A stretch of 64,000 nucleotides of DNA from an uncultured Acidobacteriota bacterium (lineage in GTDB: Bacteria; Acidobacteriota; Thermoanaerobaculia; Gp7-AA8), in contig CAVUKB010000005.1 of the NCBI GenBank assembly GCA_963741955.1, positions 704,001 through 768,000 on the forward strand. The letters are read 5' to 3'. This document shows, piece after piece, positions 41,040 to 51,355 of the stretch. Position numbers and translations under genes: made by a program. Position 1 is the first letter of the stretch; each line of letters opens with the position of its first letter. The notes under the pieces are model-generated. The model worked only from the letters and a program-made list of their open reading frames with translations, searched no databases and had not been told where the DNA came from.

Positions 41040-42569
41040 TCAGTGAACATCCCATTTAGGTGCAGTTGTACTTTTTTGACCCAGCTCCTCGCGCCGCCGA
41101 TACAGCGTCTTCCGGTCCACTCCCAGGATCCTCGCCGCCAGCGACATGTTGCCTTTCGTATGTTCCAGCACACGCATGATGTACTCCGCTTCGACGTCGC
41201 GGAGCGGAGGGAACTCGTCTCCCGTCCCGGGGAGATTTCCCGATCCCGCCCCCTGGTCCGGCAGGAGGAGGTCCCCGACGTCAATCACCGGATCGGTGGT
41301 CAGCGCCAGCGCCCCCTCGATCAGATTCTCCAGCTCCCGCACATTCCCGGGAAACGAGTATCGCATCAATTTCTGCAGTGCCTCGGGTGAGATCTTCACC
41401 CCGGCCAGCCCTTCCCTCTTCGAATACTTCTCGAGGAAATGCCGGACCAGCTTCGGAATGTCTTCTCGCCGGTCGCGCAGCGGCGGCAGCACGATCTCCA
41501 CCACCTTGAGCCGGTAGTAGAGATCCTGACGGAACTCGCCCGTCTCGATCATCTCTTCGAGATCGCGATGGGTGGCTGCGAGGATCCGGACGTCCACCGG
41601 AATCCGCCGGCGTCCGCCGACTTTCTCGATCTCCCGTTCCTGAAGAACGCGAAGGAGCTTCGCCTGCAGAGAAGGTGCGATGTCGCCGATCTCGTCGAGG
41701 AAGACCGTCCCTCCCTGGGCGAGCTCGAACTTCCCCGGTCGGGCTTCGACGCCGGTGGCGACGCCTCTCTCGATGCCGAACAGCTCGGACTCGAGGAGCG
41801 TCTCCGGGAGAGCGGCGCAGTTGATCGCCACGAACGGCTTTTCTTTCCGTGGAGAGTTGGAGTGGATCAGCCGCGCGACCATTTCCTTCCCGGTTCCCGA
41901 TTCGCCGCGGATCAGGACGTTGGCGTGGCTGTCGGCGACGCGCACCATCAGGTCCACCACGCGCTGCATCTTCACCGACTCGCCGATCATCATCCGGTCG
42001 CTGTACTCTCGAAGCATCCGCTCACGAAGGGAACGGTTCTCGTCCTCCAGCGTCTCGCGCACGAGGTTCAGGCGATAGAAGTTCCGGGCGTTGTCCACCG
42101 CGGCCGCACCGATCGAGGCGAGCGATTCGAGGAAGCGAAGATCGTCTTCGCCGAACGTGCCGCTGGCCGCGCCTCGCTCTTCCTTCCCCACCATCGCGAT
42201 CGCCCCGACCAGTCGTTCACCTGCAATCATCGGCGCGACGATCGCGGAGCCGGCGCGTCGTCCCAGCATGGCCGGAACGAACGCTTCGAACGAAGTGCGA
42301 CCGGTCAGGACCCGGCGGACGATCTCTTCGTCGAGGATCTCCTTCGGCTCGGGAATGTCGATCCCCACCGTGAACACCTGTGCGATGTGAAGCGCCTCGT
42401 CGAGGGAGAAGACGAATCCGAAGCTCGCATCGAGAATTGCGATGGCGCGCTGCACCATCTCCTCGAGGAGCTGCTCCTCGGGACGGAGCGTGCCGAGTGC
42501 CCGGCTGACGTCGAGGAGAGCCTCGAGCTGCAGCAGTTTCCGTCTGGCCTCGAAATTCGATTGTGCCAT
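41040..42569 (-). CDS. GAF + sigma54-interaction AAA+ + Fis-HTH transcriptional activator
   Basis: GESGTGKE, INCAALPETLLESELFG, FLDEIGD, FPGNVREL, AARILGV; GVATGV replaces GAFTGA. Confidence 0.93.
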   Translation of the reverse strand: MAQSNFEARRKLLQLEALLDVSRALGTLRPEEQLLEEMVQRAIAILDASFGFVFSLDEALHIAQVFTVGIDIPEPKEILDEEIVRRVLTGRTSFEAFVPAMLGRRAGSAIVAPMIAGERLVGAIAMVGKEERGAASGTFGEDDLRFLESLASIGAAAVDNARNFYRLNLVRETLEDENRSLRERMLREYSDRMMIGESVKMQRVVDLMVRVADSHANVLIRGESGTGKEMVARLIHSNSPRKEKPFVAINCAALPETLLESELFGIERGVATGVEARPGKFELAQGGTVFLDEIGDIAPSLQAKLLRVLQEREIEKVGGRRRIPVDVRILAATHRDLEEMIETGEFRQDLYYRLKVVEIVLPPLRDRREDIPKLVRHFLEKYSKREGLAGVKISPEALQKLMRYSFPGNVRELENLIEGALALTTDPVIDVGDLLLPDQGAGSGNLPGTGDEFPPLRDVEAEYIMRVLEHTKGNMSLAARILGVDRKTLYRRREELGQKSTTAPKWDVH

Positions 42570-42618
42570 GCAGCGGCGCTCCGGGGCATCGGGTGAATGA
42601 TCCCCGCTCGCCCTCCTC

Positions 42619-43026
42619 TCAACCCTTCCCCATCGCCCGGCGGCATTCACCGAGCAGGATGTCGCAGTTCCATGAGTCGTAGAAGATCGGATCCATCTCG
42701 TAGATCTGCATCAGCCGCCCCGCGGCTCGCTTCCAATCCTTCAGCATCATCTCCGAACGGGCGGCGAAATAAATAGACCGGATCGTCACCGGATCGGGAA
42801 GGTTCTTTGCGGCGATCCCGGAAAAGAGCGTCTGCGCCTCGGAAAAATTGCGGCTGCGATAGGCGCACTGCGCGCGGGTGTAGTCGCTCACCGGACTGCG
42901 ACAGACCATCCGGGCGACCCGGTCCCGGAGAACGGTGGGATGCGGAGCCGGCTCGGCCGCGCTTCCGGACGACGGCACGGCCGCAGAGCAGATCGCCACC
43001 GTCGCGATCACCCACGCCCTCTTCAT
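42619..43026 (-). CDS. Small secreted TPR-like protein
   Basis: Signal peptide MKRAWVIATVAICSA, TPR-like helices. Confidence 0.55.
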   Translation of the reverse strand: MKRAWVIATVAICSAAVPSSGSAAEPAPHPTVLRDRVARMVCRSPVSDYTRAQCAYRSRNFSEAQTLFSGIAAKNLPDPVTIRSIYFAARSEMMLKDWKRAAGRLMQIYEMDPIFYDSWNCDILLGECRRAMGKG

Positions 43027-43152
43027 ACGGAACGCCACGTTGGTAGTTTCCACTCCCGCAGGACAAAGTGCAACTCGGATTTTTTTTCGCCTCTCCCGCA
43101 GGAGTCGCAGCCCTTGCGCGCCGGCGCTTCCCGGCCGACAATCGGAGCTCCG

Positions 43153-44004
43153 ATGGCAGATTCCACCCCTGACCCCAGAATCCTCGGCATTATTGGAGGC
43201 GGTCGCGCGGCCTGGGCGTTCGGTTCCCACTGGCCGCGGGAGCAACTCGGAGGGATCGCGCTGCGCGCCGAGTCGAAGAGCCATCTCCCGGAAATGCTCG
43301 GCACCTCGCGGAAGACGATTCCGGAGCTGACCGGACGCTCGGAGATCGTTCTCGTCGCAGTGAGCGACGACGCCGTGCCCACCGTCGCCGCGGAAGTGGC
43401 GCGCGTCGCAGCCCCGGAACAGATCCTTTTCCACGCGAGCGGCTCACTGACCAGCGACGTCTTCGCCGGGCACGCTCGAGCATTTTCTCTTCATCCGCTC
43501 CGATCCCTTCCGCCGCCGGGCGTTCCGTTCGACTTCTCCGGCACGCTCTTCGTGTTCGAAGGACCTTTGGAAACCGAAGCCGGCGCGAAGGGTCTCGTCG
43601 AGCGCTTCGGCGGGCGCATGCTGAGGATCGAAAAGCAGCAGAAGGCGCTGTATCACGCCGCGGCGGTATACGCGGCCAATTTCACCGGAGCAATGCTGGA
43701 GATCTGTTCCGAGCTCCTCGAGGAGGCAGGCCTTCCTCGAGAGGAACTGACCCCCGACGTGGCGCGGCTCGCAGAATCCGCAATCGCGAACTGGAGCGGG
43801 AGTGCTGCAGGGAAGGGATTCACCGGTCCCGCGATCCGGGGAGATGCGAGCGTCGTCGAACGGCACATCGAGGTCCTCGCTGCGGATCCCGGAAAGCGGG
43901 AGATCTACCGGCTGGTGTCGATGGAGATCCTCCGCTCAGCCATCGCGACCGGCGACCACCTCGAGCTGCAGAAGCTTCTCGATCGGCTCGAGACTCGAGG
44001 CTAG
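43153..44004 (+). CDS. Rossmann-like + DUF2520 oxidoreductase (PanG-like)
   Basis: GIIGGGR, AVSDDAV, HASG, SLHPL, YHAAAV, TGPAIRGD. Confidence 0.85.
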   Translation: MADSTPDPRILGIIGGGRAAWAFGSHWPREQLGGIALRAESKSHLPEMLGTSRKTIPELTGRSEIVLVAVSDDAVPTVAAEVARVAAPEQILFHASGSLTSDVFAGHARAFSLHPLRSLPPPGVPFDFSGTLFVFEGPLETEAGAKGLVERFGGRMLRIEKQQKALYHAAAVYAANFTGAMLEICSELLEEAGLPREELTPDVARLAESAIANWSGSAAGKGFTGPAIRGDASVVERHIEVLAADPGKREIYRLVSMEILRSAIATGDHLELQKLLDRLETRG

Positions 44005-44102
44005 AGACTCGAGGCTCGATCTTAGATTCTCGATTCTCGATTCTCGATTCTCGATCCCAGATCCTCGATCCTCGATCCTCGATGTCTTTCGATGTCTTTC
44101 GA
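44004..44102. repeat. Heptamer arrays (ctcgagg, ttctcga, gatcctc, gatgtctttc)
   Basis: Directly visible. Confidence 0.8.
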
Positions 44103-44176
44103 TTTCTTGACCCTTTTTTCGAGCGGATGCTACCATCGCGCTCTGTTATTTTAAAAGAGGCTGGAACCTTCAAAAC

Positions 44177-45427
44177 ATGGTGTTCTTCAATTACGCGACG
44201 ATGCAGATGGCCGCGAAGATCGTTTACTACGGTCCGGGGCTCTGCGGGAAGACGACCAATCTTCACCACATCTATTCGAAGACGTCGCCTCAGGGTCGCG
44301 GTGAGATGGTCAGCCTCGAGACAGAGACGGACCGGACTCTGTTTTTCGATCTCCTCCCGCTCGAAGTCGGTGTGATCGGCGGCTTCAAGACCCGTCTGCA
44401 GCTCTACACGGTTCCGGGACAGGTGTTCTACAACACCACCCGCAAACTGGTGCTCAAAGGAGCGGACGGGATCGTCTTCGTCGCGGACTCACAGCGGGCA
44501 ATGGCGGACGCGAACGTCGAGAGTCTGAAGAACCTCAGAGAGAATCTCAAAGAGATCGGGTTGAATCTCGACGAGATGCCGATGGTGATTCAGCTGAACA
44601 AGCGCGATCTCCCGAACGCGATGCCTCCCGCGGAGATCCTCCGCCTGCTCGATCCCGATGCGCGGTGGGATTCGGTCGAGGCGGTCGCGGTGAAAGGAGA
44701 AGGAGTCTTCGAGACGCTCAAGACGGTCTCGAAGCTCACGCTCCGCACCATCCGCCAGAGGATGGCCGGTGACGATACGGCGCGACCTGCCGCACCACCC
44801 GCTGCCGGCCGTGCGGTGCTGAAGGTCATCTCGGAGTCGTCGCAGGCGCGGCCTCAGGAAGTCTCTCCGGCGCGCACCATCTCGGTGCCGAACCCACTCG
44901 CCTCCCCTCCTCCCCAGGAGACTTCGCCCGCGGGCGCGGCGACGCCGCACGAAGCGAAACCGGCAGCTGACGAACCGCCGATGCACCTGGTCGAAAATGA
45001 AGCGGCGTCCCATGCGGAGTCGGCGACGGCCACGATGGAAGCGGCTCGGCCGGAGCCTGACGTCGACTTCGCACACGAAGAGAAGGAACCGGCCGCAAAG
45101 GAATCCGACGTCAAGCACGTCCGGGTCCGGTCGTCGGTCGACATCATGGCGGAGCTCGAGCAGCTGCGGAAGAAAGCGACCCAGGCCGCACCGCGGTCCA
45201 GACGGGGCGAGGTCGACCTCGATTCGCTCATGCATCCGCGACGCGAGGTGCACAAGAGTTTCCCGGTCCAGGCGGCTCCCGGAACCAGAACGGTGCGCGT
45301 GAGCGTGGCGTTCGAGGACCAGAACGGCGAGACGATCGGACAGGACGAGAGCTCCTGGGCGGTGGACTCATCCGAAGTGGAGACTTTGCTGGTAAACTTG
45401 AAGGCGAATCTCGGTTCCGATTCCTGA
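44177..45427 (+). CDS. mglA: MglA-family small GTPase with a long C-terminal extension
   Basis: KIVYYGPGLCGKTTNL, TETDRTLFFD, LYTVPGQV, NKRD; then a Pro/Ala linker and a C-terminal domain. Confidence 0.85.
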   Translation: MVFFNYATMQMAAKIVYYGPGLCGKTTNLHHIYSKTSPQGRGEMVSLETETDRTLFFDLLPLEVGVIGGFKTRLQLYTVPGQVFYNTTRKLVLKGADGIVFVADSQRAMADANVESLKNLRENLKEIGLNLDEMPMVIQLNKRDLPNAMPPAEILRLLDPDARWDSVEAVAVKGEGVFETLKTVSKLTLRTIRQRMAGDDTARPAAPPAAGRAVLKVISESSQARPQEVSPARTISVPNPLASPPPQETSPAGAATPHEAKPAADEPPMHLVENEAASHAESATATMEAARPEPDVDFAHEEKEPAAKESDVKHVRVRSSVDIMAELEQLRKKATQAAPRSRRGEVDLDSLMHPRREVHKSFPVQAAPGTRTVRVSVAFEDQNGETIGQDESSWAVDSSEVETLLVNLKANLGSDS

Positions 45428-45492
45428 GGTCCGTCGATCGACGAAATCATGACCGCTGGCGGGAGCCAGCCGAAACGGGTTGGGGGTGAAGG

Positions 45493-46863
45493 GTGAAAAG
45501 AGCTCGCTGGGTAGTGCTGGCGCTCTCGTGGACGGCGTTCGCCTGTGCGACCGCTCCGGTTTCGACCAGAACCGTACCCCACTCTCCTCCGACACCCTCC
45601 GTTTCCCACGCTGATCTCTCGCCGGACGACATGATCCGCTACCGGAAAGATCTCGAGGACGCATACGAGAGGATCCTCGCGCGTACCGGCGGAACCGCAC
45701 AACCGACGCTCGCCGACGCAGACGCCGCACTCTCGATCGACATCCCGGACCATCGCACCATCAACGGTGCGCTCGACTACTTCTCCACCGATCTGCACGA
45801 CAGCATTCAGGCTTCGCTGTATCGCGCCGCGCGGTACAGGAAGATGATCGATCGGGTGCTCGATCAGGAGCATCTCCCGCGGGGTCTCGCCTATCTTCCG
45901 GTGATCGAGAGCGCGTACATGCCGACGCTCACCTCGCGTGCGGGGGCACGCGGAATCTGGCAGCTGATGCCCGACACCGCACGCGAGCTCGGACTCCGCG
46001 TCGACTGGTGGGTCGACGAACGCTGTGATCCCGAACAGTCGACCCGGGCCGCCGCAGTATACCTTCGCCGTCTCTACGATTCCTTCGGCGACTGGCCGCT
46101 CGTCCTCGCTGCCTACAACGCCGGCCCCGGACGGATTCAGCGCGCACTCGACCAGACCGGATCCTCGACGTTCTGGCAGCTTCTCGATCAGGCTGCGATT
46201 CCGAAGGAGACGCGCGGCTACGTTCCGACCTTCTTCGCCACTCTGCTCATCGTCAGCGATCCCTCCGCGCGGGGATTCGAGCTGATCGACGACGCACCGG
46301 ATCTTCGCCGTCCGGTCACCGTCGAAGGGCCAGTGACTCTCGGCTACGTCGCGTCGGTCGCCGGCAGCGATCCTCGCGATCTGGAGGAGATGAACCCCGC
46401 ACTCCGCCACGGCATCGTCCCTCCCGGCAAGCAGACCATCTTCGTCCCTCCTTCCGCCGTTCCCGCCGTCGCGCAGCAGGCCTCCACACTGCACAACGAC
46501 GACCCGAACCTTCCCGTCGCGACGTTCACCCTCCGCCGCCACGACTCACTCGCATCTCTCGCCCGCCGTCTGAAGGTGAGCCCCCAGGAGATCGTCGCGA
46601 TGAACGGAGGATCCGCTGCTCCCGGCCAGTCGATCTATCTCCCGGTGACCCAGCGCCGCCTCTCCGAGCTTCTCTCCGGGCCTCCCGCCGAGACGCTCTA
46701 CACCGTGACCTCGGGCGACACGCTCTACTCGATCGCCCGGCGGCACGGGCTGAAGGTCGAAGAGCTGATGGACCTCAACCAGCTCGGCGGCTCCACCACG
46801 ATCCATCCGGGCGACCGGCTGCGCGTCACCACCGGCCAGACGCTGACCGCCGGCGCACGCTGA
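45493..46863 (+). CDS. mltD: Membrane-bound lytic murein transglycosylase with LysM domains (MltD-like)
   Basis: Lipobox, LPVIES, GIWQLMP, AAYNAG, ETRGYV, LysM GDTLYSIA. Confidence 0.88.
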   Translation: MKRARWVVLALSWTAFACATAPVSTRTVPHSPPTPSVSHADLSPDDMIRYRKDLEDAYERILARTGGTAQPTLADADAALSIDIPDHRTINGALDYFSTDLHDSIQASLYRAARYRKMIDRVLDQEHLPRGLAYLPVIESAYMPTLTSRAGARGIWQLMPDTARELGLRVDWWVDERCDPEQSTRAAAVYLRRLYDSFGDWPLVLAAYNAGPGRIQRALDQTGSSTFWQLLDQAAIPKETRGYVPTFFATLLIVSDPSARGFELIDDAPDLRRPVTVEGPVTLGYVASVAGSDPRDLEEMNPALRHGIVPPGKQTIFVPPSAVPAVAQQASTLHNDDPNLPVATFTLRRHDSLASLARRLKVSPQEIVAMNGGSAAPGQSIYLPVTQRRLSELLSGPPAETLYTVTSGDTLYSIARRHGLKVEELMDLNQLGGSTTIHPGDRLRVTTGQTLTAGAR

Positions 46864-46867
46864 AGGC

Positions 46868-47067
46868 ATCTGTTATCTGTTATCTGTTATCTGTTATCGA
46901 TCCTCGATCCTCGATCCTCGATCCTCGATGCCTTTCAGATCCTCGATCCTCGATCCTCGATGCCTTTCAGATCCTCGATCCTCGATCCTCGATGCCTTTC
47001 AGATCCTCGATCCTCGATCCTCGATCCTCGATGCCTTTCAGATCCTCGATGCCTTTCAGATCCTCGA
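46868..47067 (-). repeat. Heptamer arrays (tctgtta x4; gatcctc with gatgcctttcagat spacers)
   Basis: Reverse complement of the array at 23433. Confidence 0.9.
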
Positions 47068-47163
47068 TAATCCACGCCTCCTTGTATACTCGCGAGCCAT
47101 TCGGCGTGATGAAATGCGCCGGGCTCCCGACGAGGTTCCGCGATTCACGAGGTTGAGAACACG

Positions 47164-49953
47164 ATGGCTGAGAAGAACGACTGGAAAAAAACGCTGAATC
47201 TCCCGCAGACCTCCTTCTCCATGAAGGCGAATCTCCCGCAGAACGAGCCGAAGCGGCTCGAAGAGTGGGAGGCGTCGGACCTCTACGGGCAGATCCGCAG
47301 CCGGTTCGACGGACGTCCGAAGTTCGTCCTGCACGACGGACCACCGTACGCGAACGGGCGGATTCACACCGGCCACGCGCTGAACAAGGTTCTCAAGGAC
47401 TTCGTGGTGAAGTCGCGAACCATGATGGGATTCGACTCCCCGTACGTCCCGGGATGGGACTGTCACGGTCTTCCGATCGAACTGCAGGTGGACAAGGAGC
47501 TCGGAGCGAAGAAGCGCGAGATGGCTCCCGCCGATTTCCGGCGCGTCTGCCGGGAATCCGCCGGCAAGTACATCGACATCCAGCGCGACGAGTTCAAGCG
47601 GCTCGGCGTCTTCGGCGACTGGGCCAATCCGTACGCGACGATGTCCTACCACTACGAAGCGACGATCGCCGAGTCCCTCGGCCGCTTCTTCAAGAGCGGC
47701 AACGTCTTCAAAGGACTCAAACCGGTGCACTGGTGCACCAGCTGCCAGACGGCACTGGCGGAAGCGGAAGTGGAGTACGACGAGCACACCTCGCCGTCGG
47801 TCTACGTCCGGTTTCCCCTCACCGCCGCCACGGCGGAGACGCTCGGTATTCCAGGCGACATCCCCTCGTATGCGGTGATCTGGACCACCACTCCGTGGAC
47901 GCTCCCGGCCAACCTCGCCATTGCGGTGCGTCCTTCGTACGAGTATTCGGTCGTGAAACGTGGAGACGGCTACTTCATCGTCGCCACCGAGCTGCTCGAA
48001 CAGGTCGCTCCGAAGTTCGGGTGGGACGAACCGCACGTGGTCTCGAGCATCAAGGGACGCGCGTTCGACCGGCTCACCTACCGCCATCCCTTCATCGATC
48101 GGGAAGGGATCTTCGTGCTCGGCGAGCACGTGACGCTCGACGCCGGTACCGGTCTGGTCCACACCGCGCCGGGTCATGGTGCCGAGGACTATCTCGTCGG
48201 TCAGGAGTACGGGCTTCCGGTGTTCACTCCGGTGAACCACCGGGGAGAGTTCACCGATGATGTCCCGGAGTGGGAAGGTATTCAGGTCTTCAAGGCGAAT
48301 CAGAGCATCGTCGACAGGATGCAGGAGAACGGATCACTGCTCGCTCACGAGAGGATCAGCCATTCGTACCCTCACTGCTGGCGCTGCAAGAATCCGGTGA
48401 TCTTCCGGGCGACGGAGCAGTGGTTCATCAGCATGGATGACCACGGGCTGCGCGAGGCGGCGATCGAGCAGATCCGAAAGGTGCGCTGGCTTCCCGCCTG
48501 GGGGCGCGAGCGGATCGAAGGGATGGTCGAGAACCGCCCGGACTGGTGCATCTCGCGCCAGCGGTTGTGGGGCGTACCGATCACGGTGCTGTTCTGCGAA
48601 GAGTGCAACGAGACGATCTCCGACCGCGACTTTTTCGACCGGGTGGTCGCGATCTTCGAGAAGGAAGGGGCGGACGCCTGGTTCGAGCGTCCGGCTACCG
48701 ACTTCCTCGCGGAGGGCCGCAGCTGCAGTCAGTGCGGCGGAAGGAACTTCCGGAAGGAGAGCGACATCCTGGACGTCTGGTTCGACTCGGGGTGCTCGCA
48801 CGAAGCGGTGCTCAAAGCGCGTCCCGAGCTGACCTGGCCGGCCGCGATGTACCTCGAGGGGCACGACCAGCATCGCGGCTGGTTCCAGTCATCGCTTCTG
48901 GTCGGAACCGGAATCGAGGGAGCGGCGCCGTACCAGCAGGTGATCACCCACGGGTTCGTCGTCGACGAGAGCGGGCGCAAGATGTCGAAGTCGATCGGCA
49001 ACGTCATCTCGCCCCAGGACCTCATCAAGCACCACGGCGCCGACATCCTCCGGATGTGGGTGGCGATGATCGACTACCGCGACGACATGGCGCTCAGTCC
49101 GGAGATCATCTCGCGGATCGCGGAGGCGTACCGGAAGATCCGGAACACGGCTCGCTATCTTCTGGCCAACCTGAGCGACTTCGATCCGTCGAAGGATGCC
49201 GTTCCTTTCGAGAAGATGACCGATCTCGACCAGTGGGCCGTGGCGCGTGCCGAGGAGACCTTCGCGCGCTGTTTGAAGGCGTACGAAGAATTCGATTTTC
49301 ACGTGGTCTACCACCGGGTGCTCGATCTCTGCACGGTGGACCTCTCCTCGATCTATCTCGACGTCCAGAAGGACACCCTCTACACGGAGGCGGCGGATTC
49401 GCACCTCCGGCGCTCGGCGCAGAGCGCGATGTACGTCATCGTGAAGGGTCTCACCTCGATGATCGCGCCGATCGTCTCCTTCACCGCGGACGAGATCTAC
49501 GCAGCGATCCCGGGCGAGCGTGAAGCTTCGGTCCACCTGACGGAATTTCCGAAGCCCACCGGAGCCTCGTTGCCGGCCGGAAAGCGCGAGACCTGGTCGC
49601 GGCTTCTGGAACTGCGGGAATCGGCGACCAGAGTGCTGGAGAAGTCACGTGCGGCAGGAGTGATCGGACAGTCGCTCGCTGCGGATGTGGTGCTGACCGG
49701 ACGTTTCGACGACTCCTCACTGCGAGCCGGAGTCGACGTCGATCTGGCGAAGCTCTTCATCGTCTCCCACGTCGACGTCGATCACGAGAGCGAAGCCTCC
49801 GATCTGGAGCCGGTCGAGATCGACGGAGTGGGCAAGGTCGGAATCGTGGTGCGGCCGGCGCGAGGCGGAAAGTGTGCCCGTTGCTGGCAGTACCGGGAGG
49901 AAGTGACCGAAGAGGGTCAGATCTGCGCGCGGTGCCGGGCGATCGTCGCCTGA
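47164..49953 (+). CDS. ileS: Isoleucine--tRNA ligase (type 1)
   Basis: [28 protein letters not shown]-terminal zinc finger. Confidence 0.98.
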   Translation: MAEKNDWKKTLNLPQTSFSMKANLPQNEPKRLEEWEASDLYGQIRSRFDGRPKFVLHDGPPYANGRIHTGHALNKVLKDFVVKSRTMMGFDSPYVPGWDCHGLPIELQVDKELGAKKREMAPADFRRVCRESAGKYIDIQRDEFKRLGVFGDWANPYATMSYHYEATIAESLGRFFKSGNVFKGLKPVHWCTSCQTALAEAEVEYDEHTSPSVYVRFPLTAATAETLGIPGDIPSYAVIWTTTPWTLPANLAIAVRPSYEYSVVKRGDGYFIVATELLEQVAPKFGWDEPHVVSSIKGRAFDRLTYRHPFIDREGIFVLGEHVTLDAGTGLVHTAPGHGAEDYLVGQEYGLPVFTPVNHRGEFTDDVPEWEGIQVFKANQSIVDRMQENGSLLAHERISHSYPHCWRCKNPVIFRATEQWFISMDDHGLREAAIEQIRKVRWLPAWGRERIEGMVENRPDWCISRQRLWGVPITVLFCEECNETISDRDFFDRVVAIFEKEGADAWFERPATDFLAEGRSCSQCGGRNFRKESDILDVWFDSGCSHEAVLKARPELTWPAAMYLEGHDQHRGWFQSSLLVGTGIEGAAPYQQVITHGFVVDESGRKMSKSIGNVISPQDLIKHHGADILRMWVAMIDYRDDMALSPEIISRIAEAYRKIRNTARYLLANLSDFDPSKDAVPFEKMTDLDQWAVARAEETFARCLKAYEEFDFHVVYHRVLDLCTVDLSSIYLDVQKDTLYTEAADSHLRRSAQSAMYVIVKGLTSMIAPIVSFTADEIYAAIPGEREASVHLTEFPKPTGASLPAGKRETWSRLLELRESATRVLEKSRAAGVIGQSLAADVVLTGRFDDSSLRAGVDVDLAKLFIVSHVDVDHESEASDLEPVEIDGVGKVGIVVRPARGGKCARCWQYREEVTEEGQICARCRAIVA

Positions 49954-50018
49954 ATCGTCTCCTCGTACGATGTTTGCATTTTCATGTGACGGTTCTACAT
50001 TGAGAATACGAACGATGG

Positions 50019-50390
50019 ATGGAGGACGATGTGAAAACGACCACCAGGATTCAGAAATCAGCGAACAAGCTCACGAAAAAGGCAGGAAAGCAGACGCGTA
50101 ACGTGACGAAGAAAGTTTCGAAGGCGATGAAACCGATCGTCCGCGACGTGAAGGACGCCGCCGCTGAAGTTGCAGAGCGTACCCAGAAGACCACCCGGAA
50201 CGTCCGCAAGGCCGCAACTCCGCCACTCCGTAAGGGCGTGAAGAAGGCGAGCCGAACACTCAAGTCCGCATCCAGCGACGCAGGGAAGGACATCTCGAAG
50301 GGGATGAAGAAGGCCGGCAAGACGCTGCAGTCGGCGCTCAAGAAGGCGGCCTCACGCGGCAAGCGGGCGGCAGTGAAAGCGATGAGCTGA
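50019..50390 (+). CDS. Lys/Ala-rich basic protein (histone H1-like composition)
   Basis: Very basic, low-complexity KKA repeats. Confidence 0.65.
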   Translation: MEDDVKTTTRIQKSANKLTKKAGKQTRNVTKKVSKAMKPIVRDVKDAAAEVAERTQKTTRNVRKAATPPLRKGVKKASRTLKSASSDAGKDISKGMKKAGKTLQSALKKAASRGKRAAVKAMS

Positions 50391-50485
50391 CCGGCAGCTG
50401 GCTGGACCTGATGATCCCGGTTGCACCGGAACGCTCTTTCGGAATCGCGAAGATCCGGAGCGAAAGGTGAAGGTGTCGAATCCGT

Positions 50486-51313
50486 ATGCGCTCCGCCGAT
50501 CTTCATCTCCACACGACCCACTCGGATGGCGTCCGGACGCCATCCGAGGTCATCGATCTCGCGATCGATGCCGGACTCCGGCTCATCGCGATCAGCGATC
50601 ACGACAGTATCGAAGCGTTCGCTGAGATCTCCGCGTACGCGCAGGAGCGCTCACTGACTCTTCTCCCCGGAGTCGAGCTCTCGGCTGGCTACCGCGGTGC
50701 GGACGTCCATCTTCTCGCCTACGGGTTCGATCCCGGGAACGAGCGGATCGGCGAGCGACTGAGAGAGTTCCGGCGGGTGCGCGCATCGAGAGGCGAGGCA
50801 ATGGTCGACCGCTTGCACGAGATCGGAGTCCCGGTCTCGCGCGAGCGCGTGCGTGAGCTCTGCGGGGAGGGAGCAATGGGCCGGCCGCACGTCGCCCGCG
50901 CTCTGGTCGAATCGGGGGCAGTCTCGTCGGTGGAAGAAGCGTTTCAGCGATATCTCGGTCCCGGCTGCGCCGCCTGGGTCGACAAAGCGCGTTTCGAGAT
51001 CGGCGAGGCGGTCGAGCTGATTCACTCCGGCGGAGGCGTCACTTCGCTCGCGCATCCGACGCTGCTCCCCGACCACCGGCGCCTTGTTCCGGAGATTCTC
51101 GATCTCGGAGTCGATGCGATCGAAGTGATCCATCCGGACGTGGACAAGGGATCGCGGCGGCATTACGAGAGTCTTGCCGCACGACGAGGGCTTCTGATGA
51201 CGGGAGGCTCCGACGATCACGGATTCGAGAACCGGAAGACGATCGGGCGCTTCCGGGTTCCGGACGAGCGCATCGCAGAGCTCCTCGAGCGGATCGAACA
51301 TGAGGCGCCATAG
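50486..51313 (+). CDS. PHP domain phosphoesterase (TrpH/YciV-like)
   Basis: DLHLHTTHSDG, ISDHD, GVELS, HLLAY, GRPHVA, LAHP, GGSDDHG. Confidence 0.92.
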   Translation: MRSADLHLHTTHSDGVRTPSEVIDLAIDAGLRLIAISDHDSIEAFAEISAYAQERSLTLLPGVELSAGYRGADVHLLAYGFDPGNERIGERLREFRRVRASRGEAMVDRLHEIGVPVSRERVRELCGEGAMGRPHVARALVESGAVSSVEEAFQRYLGPGCAAWVDKARFEIGEAVELIHSGGGVTSLAHPTLLPDHRRLVPEILDLGVDAIEVIHPDVDKGSRRHYESLAARRGLLMTGGSDDHGFENRKTIGRFRVPDERIAELLERIEHEAP

Positions 51314-51355
51314 CGAGCCCGGAACGTTTTCCCTCCCCTCCCCGTTTCCTGACCC

